This document shows, piece by piece, positions 8,045 through 17,300 of a stretch of 28,085 nucleotides of DNA. This stretch comes from Solirubrobacteraceae bacterium. Its GTDB lineage: Bacteria; Actinomycetota; Thermoleophilia; Solirubrobacterales; Solirubrobacteraceae. The notes under the pieces were generated by a model. The model was not told the DNA's origin, made no database searches, and was given only the letters and a program-made list of their open reading frames with translations. Numbering within the stretch: the first letter of the stretch is position 1; every line of letters starts with the position of its first letter. The stretch covers positions 1 through 28,085 of the forward strand of contig DASZDB010000250.1 of the NCBI GenBank assembly GCA_035942495.1. The letters are read 5' to 3'. The position numbers were made by a program, and so were the translations under genes.

Positions 8045-9418
8045 TCATCGGCCATCCTTCAGCGCGGCGTCGATGCGCCCAAGGGCCTCTTCTCGTCCGA
8101 GGACGCTGAGCGTCTCGAAGATCCCGGGCGACACGGCGGTGCCCGCGAGCGCGACCCGGATGGGCTGAAAGACCTGCTTGGGCTGGCACTCGCGCGCGGC
8201 GACGACGCCCTCCAGCGCGGCCTGCGTGTTCTCGAGCGTGAACGTGTCGAGGCTCGCGAGCGCCGTGTGCGCGTGGGCGAGCGTGGCGCGCCCCTCGTCG
8301 TCCAGCCACTTCGCGCGCGCCTTCTCGTCGTCTGGCGTCGGGCCGTCGAAGATGAAGCCCGCCAGCGGCCAGAAGTCCGCCAGCGTCTGCATCTTCTCGC
8401 GCGAGATCGCGACCGCGTCGCGCAGCCCGCTGCGGCCGGTGAACGCCTCCACCCGCGCGGTCAGGTCGTCGACCGACAGCGCGCGCACGTAGCGCCCGTT
8501 GAGCCAGCGCAGCTTGCGCTCGTCGAACCGCGCCGGATTGCGCGACACCCGCTCGAGGCTGAAGCGCTCGACGAGCTGATCGGTCGAGAGGATCGTCTCG
8601 TCGTCCGTGTCGCCCCAGCCGAGCAGCGCGAGGTAGTTGCGGACCGCCTCGGGGAGATAGCCGGCGTCGCGCAGGTCCTGCACGGATGCCGCGCCGTGAC
8701 GCTTGGAGAGCTTCTTGCCGTCCGGCCCGTGCAGCAGCGGCAGGTGCGCGTAGACCGGCCGCGCGGCGTCGTCCGCGGCCCCCGCGTCGGCGGCGATGCC
8801 CGACGCCGCCATCGCCTCGAGCACGAGCAGCTGCTTCGGCGTGTTCGAGAGATGATCCTCGCCGCGGACGATGTGGGTGATGTGCGCGTCGAGGTCGTCG
8901 ACCGCGACTGCGAAGTTGTAGAGGACGCTGCCGTCGGCGCGCGCGATGACCGGGTCGTCGAGGTGCACATGGGCGAAGGTCGTGTCGCCGCGGATGACGT
9001 CGTGGACGACCGTCGCGCCCTCATCGGGCACGCGCAGGCGAACCGCGCCCGCGCCCTCGTCGCCACCGCGAAATCCGCGGTCGGCGCCGTGCTGCGCCTT
9101 GTAGGCCCTGACGTCGTCGCCGGTCGCGGTCGAGCGGTAGGCGCGGCCGTCGTCGAGCAGTCGCCCGAGAACCTCGCCGTGACGCTCCGAGCGCGCGACC
9201 TGGCTGATCGGGCCCTCGTCGAAGTCGATCTCCAGCCACCGCAGCGCCTCGAGGATCTGCTCGACGTTCTCCGGGGTCGAGCGCTCGCGATCGGTATCTT
9301 CGATGCGCAGGACGAGGGTCCCGTCGTTGCCCTGCGCAAGCAGCCAGTTGTAGAGCGCCGTACGGGCACCGCCGATGTGCAGGGCGCCGGTCGGAGAAGG
9401 AGCAAAGCGGACTCTCAT
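8045..9418 (-). CDS. gltX: Glutamate--tRNA ligase
   Basis: RVRFAPSPTGALHIGG, LRIEDTDRERS, YNFAVAVDD, IVRGEDHLSNTPKQ, KKLSKR and SPGIFE. Confidence 0.97.
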   Translation of the reverse strand: MRVRFAPSPTGALHIGGARTALYNWLLAQGNDGTLVLRIEDTDRERSTPENVEQILEALRWLEIDFDEGPISQVARSERHGEVLGRLLDDGRAYRSTATGDDVRAYKAQHGADRGFRGGDEGAGAVRLRVPDEGATVVHDVIRGDTTFAHVHLDDPVIARADGSVLYNFAVAVDDLDAHITHIVRGEDHLSNTPKQLLVLEAMAASGIAADAGAADDAARPVYAHLPLLHGPDGKKLSKRHGAASVQDLRDAGYLPEAVRNYLALLGWGDTDDETILSTDQLVERFSLERVSRNPARFDERKLRWLNGRYVRALSVDDLTARVEAFTGRSGLRDAVAISREKMQTLADFWPLAGFIFDGPTPDDEKARAKWLDDEGRATLAHAHTALASLDTFTLENTQAALEGVVAARECQPKQVFQPIRVALAGTAVSPGIFETLSVLGREEALGRIDAALKDGR

Positions 9419-9429
9419 GCGTGCAGATC

Positions 9430-9435
9430 ACCCTA
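9430..9435 (-). promoter_or_regulatory. -10 box TAGGGT for gltX, 11 nt before ATG
   Basis: Minus strand reads TAGGGT gatctgcacgc ATG, inside the 21-nt gltX/nfo gap. Confidence 0.45.
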
Positions 9436-9439
9436 CGAG

Positions 9440-10303
9440 ATGCTGATCGGGGCGCATGTCTCGCCCGCGGGCGGGCCGGCGAAGGCGATCGTGCGCGGCG
9501 TCGAGCGCGGCGCGAACGCGATCCAGATCTTCAACCAGAACCCCCGCGCCTGGAAGCCGCGTGACTATTCCGAGGAGGAGGTCGCGCAGTTTCGCGCCGC
9601 GATGGCGGACTCCCCGGTCGACGTCCTGCTCATCCACGCCGTCTACCTGCTCAACTGCGCGACCGAGGACGCGGAGATGCGCGCGAACACGCTGCGCTCG
9701 CTGATCGCGTCGCTGCACGCCGGCTCGGCGCTGGGCGCCCACGCCGTCGTGCTGCACCCGGGCTCGGCCAAGACCGGCGACGTCGGCGGCGCGATCGCGC
9801 GCGCCGGCGAGGTGATCGCCGAGGCGCTCGCGCAGACCGGCGACTGCCCGCTGCACCTGGAGAACACCGCCGGCTCGGGCGGGACTCTGGGCCGCTCGTT
9901 CGGCGAGCTCGCCGCGCTCATCGAGGCGGCCGGCGGCGACGCGCGGCTGGGTCTGTGCCTGGACTCCTGTCACCTGCTGGCCTCGGGGCACGAGATCCGC
10001 AGCGAGAAGGCGCTGGCGGCGGTGGTCGACGAGTGCGTCGCGCAGGTCGGCCTCGAGCGCCTCGGCTCGCTGCACCTCAACGACTCGCAGACCGCGCTGG
10101 GCTCCAACGTCGACCGTCATGCGAACGTCGGCGAGGGCGAGCTCGGCAAGGCCGGCTGTGCGGTCTTTCTCTCCGAGCCGCGCTTCGAGGGCCTGCCGCT
10201 CGTGCTCGAGACGCCGGGCGTCGATCACAGCGGCCCGTCTGCGGAGGAGATCCTGTGGACGCGCACCCTGCGCGAGCGCGGGCTCGCCGCGCGGCGCGGC
10301 TGA
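9440..10303 (+). CDS. nfo: Endonuclease IV (AP endonuclease)
   Basis: MLIGAHVS, IQIFNQNPRAW, HAVYLLN, VLHPGS, LENTAG, CLDSCH, LHLNDS, DRHANVGEG and LETP. The real start is ATG 9440, inside the long track ORF 6875..10303. Confidence 0.95.
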   Translation: MLIGAHVSPAGGPAKAIVRGVERGANAIQIFNQNPRAWKPRDYSEEEVAQFRAAMADSPVDVLLIHAVYLLNCATEDAEMRANTLRSLIASLHAGSALGAHAVVLHPGSAKTGDVGGAIARAGEVIAEALAQTGDCPLHLENTAGSGGTLGRSFGELAALIEAAGGDARLGLCLDSCHLLASGHEIRSEKALAAVVDECVAQVGLERLGSLHLNDSQTALGSNVDRHANVGEGELGKAGCAVFLSEPRFEGLPLVLETPGVDHSGPSAEEILWTRTLRERGLAARRG

Positions 10304-10309
10304 GCGACC

Positions 10310-11488
10310 CTAACGCGTCGCGCGCGCCGCGCGCAGCGCCTCGCGCAGCTTCAGCGGCTTGCCCATCCGCAGCACCGAGCCTTCGTAGATGCGCGCGGCG
10401 AGCGGGATGAGCAGGGCGATCGCCAGCACGAGCAGACCGAGCGAGGCGGCGATCTCGGTCGCGCCGGCGTCGCCCATCACCGCGCGCACCGGCATGACGA
10501 TCGGCGACGTCAGCGGCAGCAGCGAGGTGAACGTCGCGAGCGAGCCGTCGGGATCCTCGAGCACCGGGAACGCGACGAGATAGCCGGCGACGAGGATCAT
10601 CGTGACGGGGGTGCTGGAGGAGCTCATGTCCTCCTGGCGCGAGACGATGACCCCGGCCACGGCGTAGAGCGCCGCGTACAGCACGTAGCCGAGGACGAAC
10701 CAAACGAGCACGACGGCGAGCACGCCGGCGTGGTCGCTGTCGAGCTCGATCGCGCCGCTCAGCGATGCGCTGACGAGCCCGACGACCGCGATGAGCGCGA
10801 GCTGCAACAGGCCGACCAGACCGATACCGAGGATCTTTCCCGCCAGCAGCGCGCGGCCGGGGACGGCGGCGAGCAGGATCTCCACAACGCGCGAGGACTT
10901 CTCCTCGACAACGCCCGACGCGACCGACAGGCCGAAGACGATGAGCTGCAGGTACAGCAGCAGCGATGCGACGAACGCGATGCCGCGGCGGCCGTCGTCC
11001 TGGGTTCCGAGCGTCCGGACGTGCAGCGCCGGTGGTGCGAGTGCGCGCTGCGCGGCATTCGGCTCGACGCCCTCCTCACGCAGGGCCGCGGTGGCGCGCA
11101 CCTGGCGCGCGGCGGCCTGTAGCGCGCCTTCGAGCTCGGTCGGCAGGGCGTCCTCGCCGAGGATCTCCTCACCGACGATCGCGGCGTCGACGTCCCCGTT
11201 GCGCGCGGCCGCGCGCGCCTGCGTCCTGTCGGTGAAGCGCTTGACCTCGATCCGCGCGTCGAACGACCGGCCGGTCGCGCGCGCGGCCTCGGCGATACTG
11301 ACGGCCTCGGCTCCCTGCGCGGCGACCGTGAAGTTCTCCGGCCCGTCGTCGCCGAACAGGCCCGCCGCCGTGGCGATCGCCGCGACGATGAGCACCGTCA
11401 CCAGGGTGGAGATCTGCAGGGCGCGCGTGCGGATGCGCTCGCCGAACTCGCGGCGCGCGACGAGCATCGTGGCGCGGCGGAAGCTCAC
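10310..11488 (-). CDS. ABC-2 type transporter permease (NatB/YhaP-like)
   Basis: VARREF, an extracellular loop, VVEEKSSRVVEILL, LLAGKILG, SRQED and PLTSPIVMP. The GTG start overlaps the ATPase TGA (GTGA). Confidence 0.9.
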   Translation of the reverse strand: MSFRRATMLVARREFGERIRTRALQISTLVTVLIVAAIATAAGLFGDDGPENFTVAAQGAEAVSIAEAARATGRSFDARIEVKRFTDRTQARAAARNGDVDAAIVGEEILGEDALPTELEGALQAAARQVRATAALREEGVEPNAAQRALAPPALHVRTLGTQDDGRRGIAFVASLLLYLQLIVFGLSVASGVVEEKSSRVVEILLAAVPGRALLAGKILGIGLVGLLQLALIAVVGLVSASLSGAIELDSDHAGVLAVVLVWFVLGYVLYAALYAVAGVIVSRQEDMSSSSTPVTMILVAGYLVAFPVLEDPDGSLATFTSLLPLTSPIVMPVRAVMGDAGATEIAASLGLLVLAIALLIPLAARIYEGSVLRMGKPLKLREALRAARATR

Positions 11489-12375
11489 TGCTCGACGACC
11501 TCGCGAAACAGCTCGGCCAGCGTCGGGCGGGCGGGTGCGAACAGGCGCACGCGGCCGGCCCGCGTCGCCGCCTCGAGGACCTGCTGGTCCTCGGCGCCGT
11601 CGGCGAGCTCGAGCAGCACGCCGCGCTCGTCGCGCGCGACGACCTGCACGCCGGCGAGCCGCTGCGGCCACCCGTCGGGCGCGCCCTCGACCTCCACGCG
11701 CAGGCGCGGCCGGGACCGCTGCGCGCGCAGCTCGTCGACGCGGCCCTGTGCGACGATCCGGCCGCGGTTGACGATCGCCACGCGATCGCAGATGCGCTCG
11801 ACGAGCTCGAGCTGGTGGGAGGAGAAGATCACGGCCGCGCCGTCGGCGGCGCGCTCGGCGAGCACCTGCGACATGACGTCCGTGCCGATCGGATCCAGGC
11901 CGGAGAACGGCTCGTCGAGGATCAGCACCGGCGGATCGTGCACGAGCGCCGCCGCGAGCTGGACGCGCTGCTGGTTGCCGAGCGAGAGCTCCTCGATGCG
12001 CTGCTCGGCGTGCTTGGCGATCCCCAGGCGCTCGATCCAGCGCGCGGCCGCGCCGCCGGCGGCGCCTGGGTCACGGCCGTGCAGCTGGGCGAGGTAGCGC
12101 AGGTGGCGGTCGACGCGCATCTTCGGATACAGCCCGCGCTCCTCGGGCATGTAGCCGAACAGGCGCTGCTGTTCGCGGGTGACCGGCGCGCCGCGCCAGA
12201 GCACCTCGCCGGTGTCGCGGTCGAGCACGCCGAGCGCGATCCGCATCGCCGTGGTCTTGCCCGCGCCGTTGGGCCCGACGAAGCCGACGACCTCGCCATC
12301 CGGCACGGTGAGCGACAAGCCGTCGAGCGCGACGATCTGCCCGTAGCGGCGCGACAGGTCGCGGAGTTCGAGCAT
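11485..12375 (-). CDS. ABC transporter ATP-binding protein (NatA-like)
   Basis: MLELRDLSRRYG, Walker A GPNGAGKTT, YMPEERGLY, signature LSLGNQQR, Walker B ILDEPFSGLDP and FSSHQL. Confidence 0.93.
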   Translation of the reverse strand: MLELRDLSRRYGQIVALDGLSLTVPDGEVVGFVGPNGAGKTTAMRIALGVLDRDTGEVLWRGAPVTREQQRLFGYMPEERGLYPKMRVDRHLRYLAQLHGRDPGAAGGAAARWIERLGIAKHAEQRIEELSLGNQQRVQLAAALVHDPPVLILDEPFSGLDPIGTDVMSQVLAERAADGAAVIFSSHQLELVERICDRVAIVNRGRIVAQGRVDELRAQRSRPRLRVEVEGAPDGWPQRLAGVQVVARDERGVLLELADGAEDQQVLEAATRAGRVRLFAPARPTLAELFREVVEQ

Positions 12376-12475
12376 TCCCCGCACCCGTTCCCCGGACGTC
12401 GCGCTGCCAACACGGGCCACTTTCAGGTAGATCGCGGGGCGGTAGCGCAGGCGTCGTGGCGGGTACGCAGCGAGC

Positions 12476-12745
12476 ATGTCAACACAGACGCCACGCGAGC
12501 GAGAGAACTACGACCTTCCCAAGCGGCCGCCGCTGCCGTTCCGGCAAGCCGCCGTCATGTTCGGCGCCGTCGTGCTGGCGCTCGGACTCTGGTTTGTGCT
12601 GCCCAACTCACCGATCGTCGTGGCGCTCATCGCGGTGATCGTGCTGGCCACGGTCTTCACCGGCGTCGGCCTCGTCATGCGCTCCAAGGAGCTCGACGAG
12701 AAGCCCGGCCGCAACCCGGTCACGCCGCCGAGCATCGACACGTAG
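12476..12745 (+). CDS. Small hypothetical membrane protein (89 aa, two TM helices)
   Basis: Hydrophobic hairpin AAVMFGAVVLALGLWFVLP / PIVVALIAVIVLATVFTGVGLVM, with high GC at third codon positions. Confidence 0.7.
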   Translation: MSTQTPRERENYDLPKRPPLPFRQAAVMFGAVVLALGLWFVLPNSPIVVALIAVIVLATVFTGVGLVMRSKELDEKPGRNPVTPPSIDT

Positions 12746-13012
12746 CCAGGGGCGGGCGCCGGCTCGCGCGGGTCGGGGATCGGCAGCGCGGTCATCCGCA
12801 TCGGCGGCCCCACAGACGTTTTTGGTCGGCGGGCTGCGCTGCGCGGCCATTCCTACGGGCCTGCATCGCCGCATCACCCGTACGACCTGGCACGCGACTC
12901 CTTCCCCTGCGCCGCCTACAGGCGCCGGCGCGAACCGCCGCTCGCGACGATCCAAAAGGGAACTGCTACGCCGCCGCGGCGACCGCCGTGAGGGCTGACA
13001 CTCCCCCCGCCG

Positions 13013-14020
13013 CTATCGCGGCAGCGCCTGCCAGTCCGGGTAGAGGTCGGCGACCGTGTTGCGCGTGATCCGGCGCATCGCGCTGCCGTCGGCGCGCATC
13101 ACGTAGAGCTCGAAGTCGCGGCTGTTGCGCTCGCGCTTGCCGCGCTTCTTGTGACGGTCGCTCGTGAACGCGATCAGCGTCCCATCGGGCGACCACACCG
13201 GCACCGTCTCGAGTGCACCGCTCCGCGTCAGCCGCCGCACGTCGGTGCCGTCGGCGTTCATCGTCGCGACGTCCGACTGGCGCCGCGCACCTCCGGTGTC
13301 GCCGGGCGGCGTGGCCGAGAGGATCTCAAAGGCGATCCGGCGGCCATCGGGCGACCAGCTCGGGTTGACCGCGTCGCGGAACGCCGAGATCGGCACAAGC
13401 GTCCGGCGCCCGCTGCCGTCGGGCGCGAACGCCGAGAGCCCGATGTCGTGGACGCCCGGACGCCCGGCCACGGCGCGCCATTGTGCGAAGGCGATGGTTC
13501 CGTCGATCGGTGAGACGTCGGGATCGGTCTGGATCGAGCGGTCGTTCGTCAGTCGCCGGGCATCGCTGCCGTCGGCGGCGATGGAATACAACTCGGCCGG
13601 CGGCGGCGGAGCGTCGCGTGACGACGGTGCGCGGAAGTCCTTCGTCGTGAAGAACACGATCCGCCCGTCCGGCGTCCACGCCGGCGCCGCGGCGACGTCC
13701 TTGAAGCGCGTGACCTGCCGCAGATCCTCCCCGCCCGGCCCGGTCGTCCAGATCTCGGTCGGATGCCCCCCGCGCGCGCTGCGGGCGAACGCGATCCGCC
13801 GACCGTCGGGCGACCACACCGGTTGCTCCTCGATGAGCGACGTCCCGAGGATGCGCGCGGCGCCGCGACCGTCGGCGCCGATCGTGAACACGTTCACCTG
13901 ACCGCCGGCGGGGCGTTGGAAGACGAGCTTGCCGTTGGCGCCGGGAAACGTGGCGGATGCGGGGGCCGCGGCGGCGAGCGCCGCGGCCAGAGCGAGGAGT
14001 ACGACGGGTGCGCGGGTCAT
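13013..14020 (-). CDS. Secreted TolB-like / PD40 (WD40-like) beta-propeller protein
   Basis: Signal MTRAPVVLLALAAALAAAAPASA. Repeats PVWSPDGRRIAF, PAWTPDGRIVF, PDVSPIDGTIAF, PSWSPDGRRIAF and PVWSPDGTLIAF. GGGAG lies upstream of ATG 14020. Confidence 0.88.
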   Translation of the reverse strand: MTRAPVVLLALAAALAAAAPASATFPGANGKLVFQRPAGGQVNVFTIGADGRGAARILGTSLIEEQPVWSPDGRRIAFARSARGGHPTEIWTTGPGGEDLRQVTRFKDVAAAPAWTPDGRIVFFTTKDFRAPSSRDAPPPPAELYSIAADGSDARRLTNDRSIQTDPDVSPIDGTIAFAQWRAVAGRPGVHDIGLSAFAPDGSGRRTLVPISAFRDAVNPSWSPDGRRIAFEILSATPPGDTGGARRQSDVATMNADGTDVRRLTRSGALETVPVWSPDGTLIAFTSDRHKKRGKRERNSRDFELYVMRADGSAMRRITRNTVADLYPDWQALPR

Positions 14021-14253
14021 GTGTGCTCCCTTCCAGGCAGGAAGACGAGCGACACCTTGCGGCCGCTTACCTGCCCCGTGTGATCGATGACGAATGTGGA
14101 TGTGATGCGCAGGCGATCTCTGTCGGAGAACGCCAGCTGCGAGACGAGCGCGTCGCAGCTGCCGTCGGATGCGGTCAGCGCGACGTCGAGCAGCCCCGGC
14201 CCGACGACGGTGATCGTGCCCCGGAGCACCTGGGAGAACGTCTGGCGTTTCAT
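14017..14253 (-). CDS. Hypothetical protein (78 aa), ATGA-coupled to the TolB-like gene
   Basis: Its TGA (14017-14019) overlaps the downstream ATG (14018-14020). It is preceded by a -10-like hexamer and phased repeats. Confidence 0.5.
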   Translation of the reverse strand: MKRQTFSQVLRGTITVVGPGLLDVALTASDGSCDALVSQLAFSDRDRLRITSTFVIDHTGQVSGRKVSLVFLPGREHT

Positions 14254-14261
14254 CGCGCCGC

Positions 14262-14305
14262 ACCCTGCTGAGCACAGCTTTCAAGCGGCTGACATCCCGC
14301 TGACA
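14262..14305 (-). promoter_or_regulatory. Candidate SARP-activated promoter: three heptamers at 11-bp spacing plus a degenerate -10 CAGGGT
   Basis: Minus strand reads TGTCAGC ggga TGTCAGC cgct TGAAAGC tgtgctcag CAGGGT gcggcgcg ATG. Heptamers start at plus-strand 14277, 14288 and 14299. Confidence 0.6.
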
Positions 14306-14342
14306 GCGCCCTGCCCGGCTCGGTTTTCCGGGGCGAAGCAGG

Positions 14343-14348
14343 TACGTT
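14343..14348 (+). promoter_or_regulatory. -10 box TACGTT for the SARP gene
   Basis: TACGTT gcgcgc CTG AGC GAA CGC CTT GAT TTC. Confidence 0.45.
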
Positions 14349-14354
14349 GCGCGC

Positions 14355-17300
14355 CTGAGCGAACGCCTTGATTTCAGGATCCTCGGCCCGCTGGAGGTGC
14401 AGGCGGGCGACGGTCAGCTTCGCCTGGGGGGCGTCAAGCAGAAGGCGCTGCTCGCGGTCCTGCTGCTGCACCACGGAGAGGTCGTGTCGAGCGATCGCCT
14501 GATCGAGGAGATCTGGGGCGAACAGCCACCGGCCGACGCGCAGACGGCGTTGCAGGCGCACGTGTCGCGCCTGCGCAGGCTGCTCGAGCCCGGGCACAGC
14601 GGAGCGCCGGCGCTGCTGGTCACGCGCGCCCCCGGCTACATGCTCGCGATCGACCCCGACCAGCTCGACCTGCGCCGCTTCGAGACGCTCGTCGCCACCG
14701 GCCGCCGCCAGCTCGACGAGGGCGATCCCGTGCAGGCCGCGGCGTCCGTGCGCGAGGCGCTCGAGCTCTGGCGCGGACGCCCGCTGGCCGAGCTCGAGAA
14801 CGAGCCGTTCGCCGCCGCTGCCACCCGCGAGCTCGACGAGGCGTGGCTCGAGGCGCTCGAGACCCGCATCGACGCCGACCTCGCGCTCGGGCGCCACGCC
14901 GAGCTGACGCCCGAGCTGGCCACGCTCGTGCGACGCCACCCGCTGCGCGAGCGCCTGCGCGCCCAGCTCATGCTCGCGCTGTATCGCTCGGGCCGCCAGG
15001 CGGACGCACTGGCGGCGTTCGACGACGGGCGGCGGCTGCTGGGCGAGGAGCTCGGGCTCGACCCGGGCACGCGGCTGCGCGGGCTGCAGGGCGAGATCCT
15101 GGCGCAGGATCCGGCGCTCGATCTGCCCGCCGCGTCCCGCCGGCCGCCGGCCGGCGGGTCCCGCCGCGAGCGGGAGGCGGACACACGCGTCGACGCCCCG
15201 CCGCGGGCGCCGGCGAAGTGGCGGACGCGGTGGCCGCTGGCGCTTGCGGCGGCGGCCTGCGTGGCCGTCGCGTCGCTGCTCGTGATCCTCGGGGGCGGCG
15301 ACGACGACCCGGCCGCGGACGCGCGGGCGGCCGCGCTCATCCGCATCGACCCGCGCCGCGGCGAGGTCGAGCGCGAGGTGAACGTCGGGACGACGCCCGC
15401 TGCCGTCGCGGTTGGCGAGGGTGCGGTGTGGACGCTGGACGCGGACGCGCACACGGTCTCCAGAGTCGACCGCGACTCCTCTGCCGTCACGACGTTCGCG
15501 ACCGGCGCGACGCCGACGGACATCGCGGCGGGAGCAGGTGGGCTGTGGGTCCTCGGCGGCGCCGCGCTGGCGGACTCGCAGTCGGCGGGCCCCGTCGCCG
15601 CTGCGCTCGCCCGCGTCGACCCGACCACCCGCACGGTGCGCGCTCGCATCGACCTGCCGCGCTCCGGTACGGCGGTCAGCGAGCTGACCGAGGATCACGT
15701 CGCCGTCGAGCGCGACGCCGTATGGGCGATCGCGTCGGACTACTCCGTGGTCCGCATCGACCCGCGCACGAATCGCATCGTCGCGACGATCCGTGGGCTG
15801 CAGGCACGTGCCGTGGCGGCAGGCGGCGGGGTCTGGGTGCTCGGGATCGACGGGAGGATCGCCCGCATCGACCGGCGCACGAACCGGATCGCCGTCCGCG
15901 GCCGGATCGGCGCATCTGCGGTGGCGTCGCTGACCGTCGGCGGCGGAGCGGCCTGGGTCAGCGCCCCCGGCGATGGCACCGTCTGGCGCGTCGAGCCCGG
16001 CCCGCGCCTCGTGATGCGCACGATCGACGTCGGGGCAGGCGCAGGCGATCTGTCCTTCGGCGCAGGATCTGTTTGGGTGGCCAACCCGCTGCGCGGCACG
16101 CTCGCGCGAATCGATCCCACCACGAACCGCGTGACGCGGACCCTGCAGCTCGGCGGCGCGCCGCGCGCCGTGGCCGCCGCCGCGGACGGCGTCTGGGTAA
16201 CGGTCACGGGCGACCGCCGATCGGCGGCGGCCGACGCCGACGCGCGCGTCGGCGGCCCGCCGGTGCACAGCTCGTGCGAGCCGACCTTCTTCGGCGGCGG
16301 CGGCACACCCGACCGGCTGATCGTCTCCGACCTGCCGCTTCAGGGCGGCGTGCGCATCTCCGCGCAGCAGATGGCGCAGGCCGCCGCCTTCGTGCTGCGG
16401 CGGCGCGGCTTCCGCGCCGGCGACCTGCGCGTGGGGCTGCAATCCTGCGACGACTCGCTCGCGCGCAGCGGCCTGTTCGAACCTGCCAAGTGCGCCGCCA
16501 ACGCACGCGCGTACGCGCGCGACGAGCGGGTCGTCGCGGTCATGGGCACGCTGAACTCGCCGTGCACGGCGGCCGCTCTGCCGGAGCTCGCCAGCGCGCC
16601 GGGCGGGCCGCTGGCGATGCTCTCGCCGCTGAACTCGTCCGTCAGCCTCACCCGCCCGCAGGCCGGCGCCCCACCGGGCGAGCTACGCTCGTTCTATCCC
16701 CGCGGGCGGCGGCATTTCGCGCGCGTGTTCCCGACCGACGACCACCAGGCGGTGGCGCTCGCCTCGCTCGCCGTCGAGGACCTCGACGCGCGGCGAGTGG
16801 CGGCGCTCGACGACGGCGACCTGCTGTTCGGGCGCGCGCTGGCCGACCGCTTTGCGGCCTCCGCGCGGTCGCTCGGCGGCGAGGTTGTCGCGCGGCGCAG
16901 CTGGAACCCCGAGACGGGCAGCTACGACCGGCTGGCCCGCGCCATCGCCCGTGCCCGGCCCGCCGCCGTCTTCCTCGGCGGCATCCTGGACTCCAACGGC
17001 GCCGCGGTGCTGCGCGCGATCCGCCGGGCTCTGGGGCGGGAGGTGGCGATCCTGGCCACCGAGGGCTTCACGGGAACCGGCTTGCTCGCCAGGCAGGCCG
17101 GAGCCGCGGCCGAGGGCACGTACGTCAGCGTCAGCGGGCTCATCAACGCGAGCCTGCCGCCGGCCGGCCGGCGCTTCGTCGACGCCTTCGGCGCCACGCT
17201 GCCCGGGGTCGACATCGAGCCGAGCGCCGTCTACGCGGCCGAGGCGACCGGAGTGCTGCTCGACGCGCTCGCGGCCTCAGACGGCACGCGCGCAGGAGTC

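Noticed and set aside
8045-9418. GltX lacks a Cys zinc motif and has Lys in the anticodon-recognition region (REKMQTL)
   Set aside because: Zinc-free GluRS variants are common, and discriminating status cannot be called from one residue by eye.
6875-9439. 1142-aa track ORF as a giant Nfo fusion
   Set aside because: The first ~855 codons are the antisense shadow of gltX and the HDOD gene; stop-free antisense frames are expected in high-GC coding DNA.
12508-12813. Minus-strand ORF MRMTALPIPDPREP...
   Set aside because: It is mostly antisense to the better-supported 89-aa membrane protein gene; at most a remnant.
12950-13000. AAAGGGAA...CCGCC-GTGA resembling a cobalamin riboswitch fragment
   Set aside because: It lacks the GGTG/AA-TCC and ACTG core elements and has no downstream co-oriented gene.
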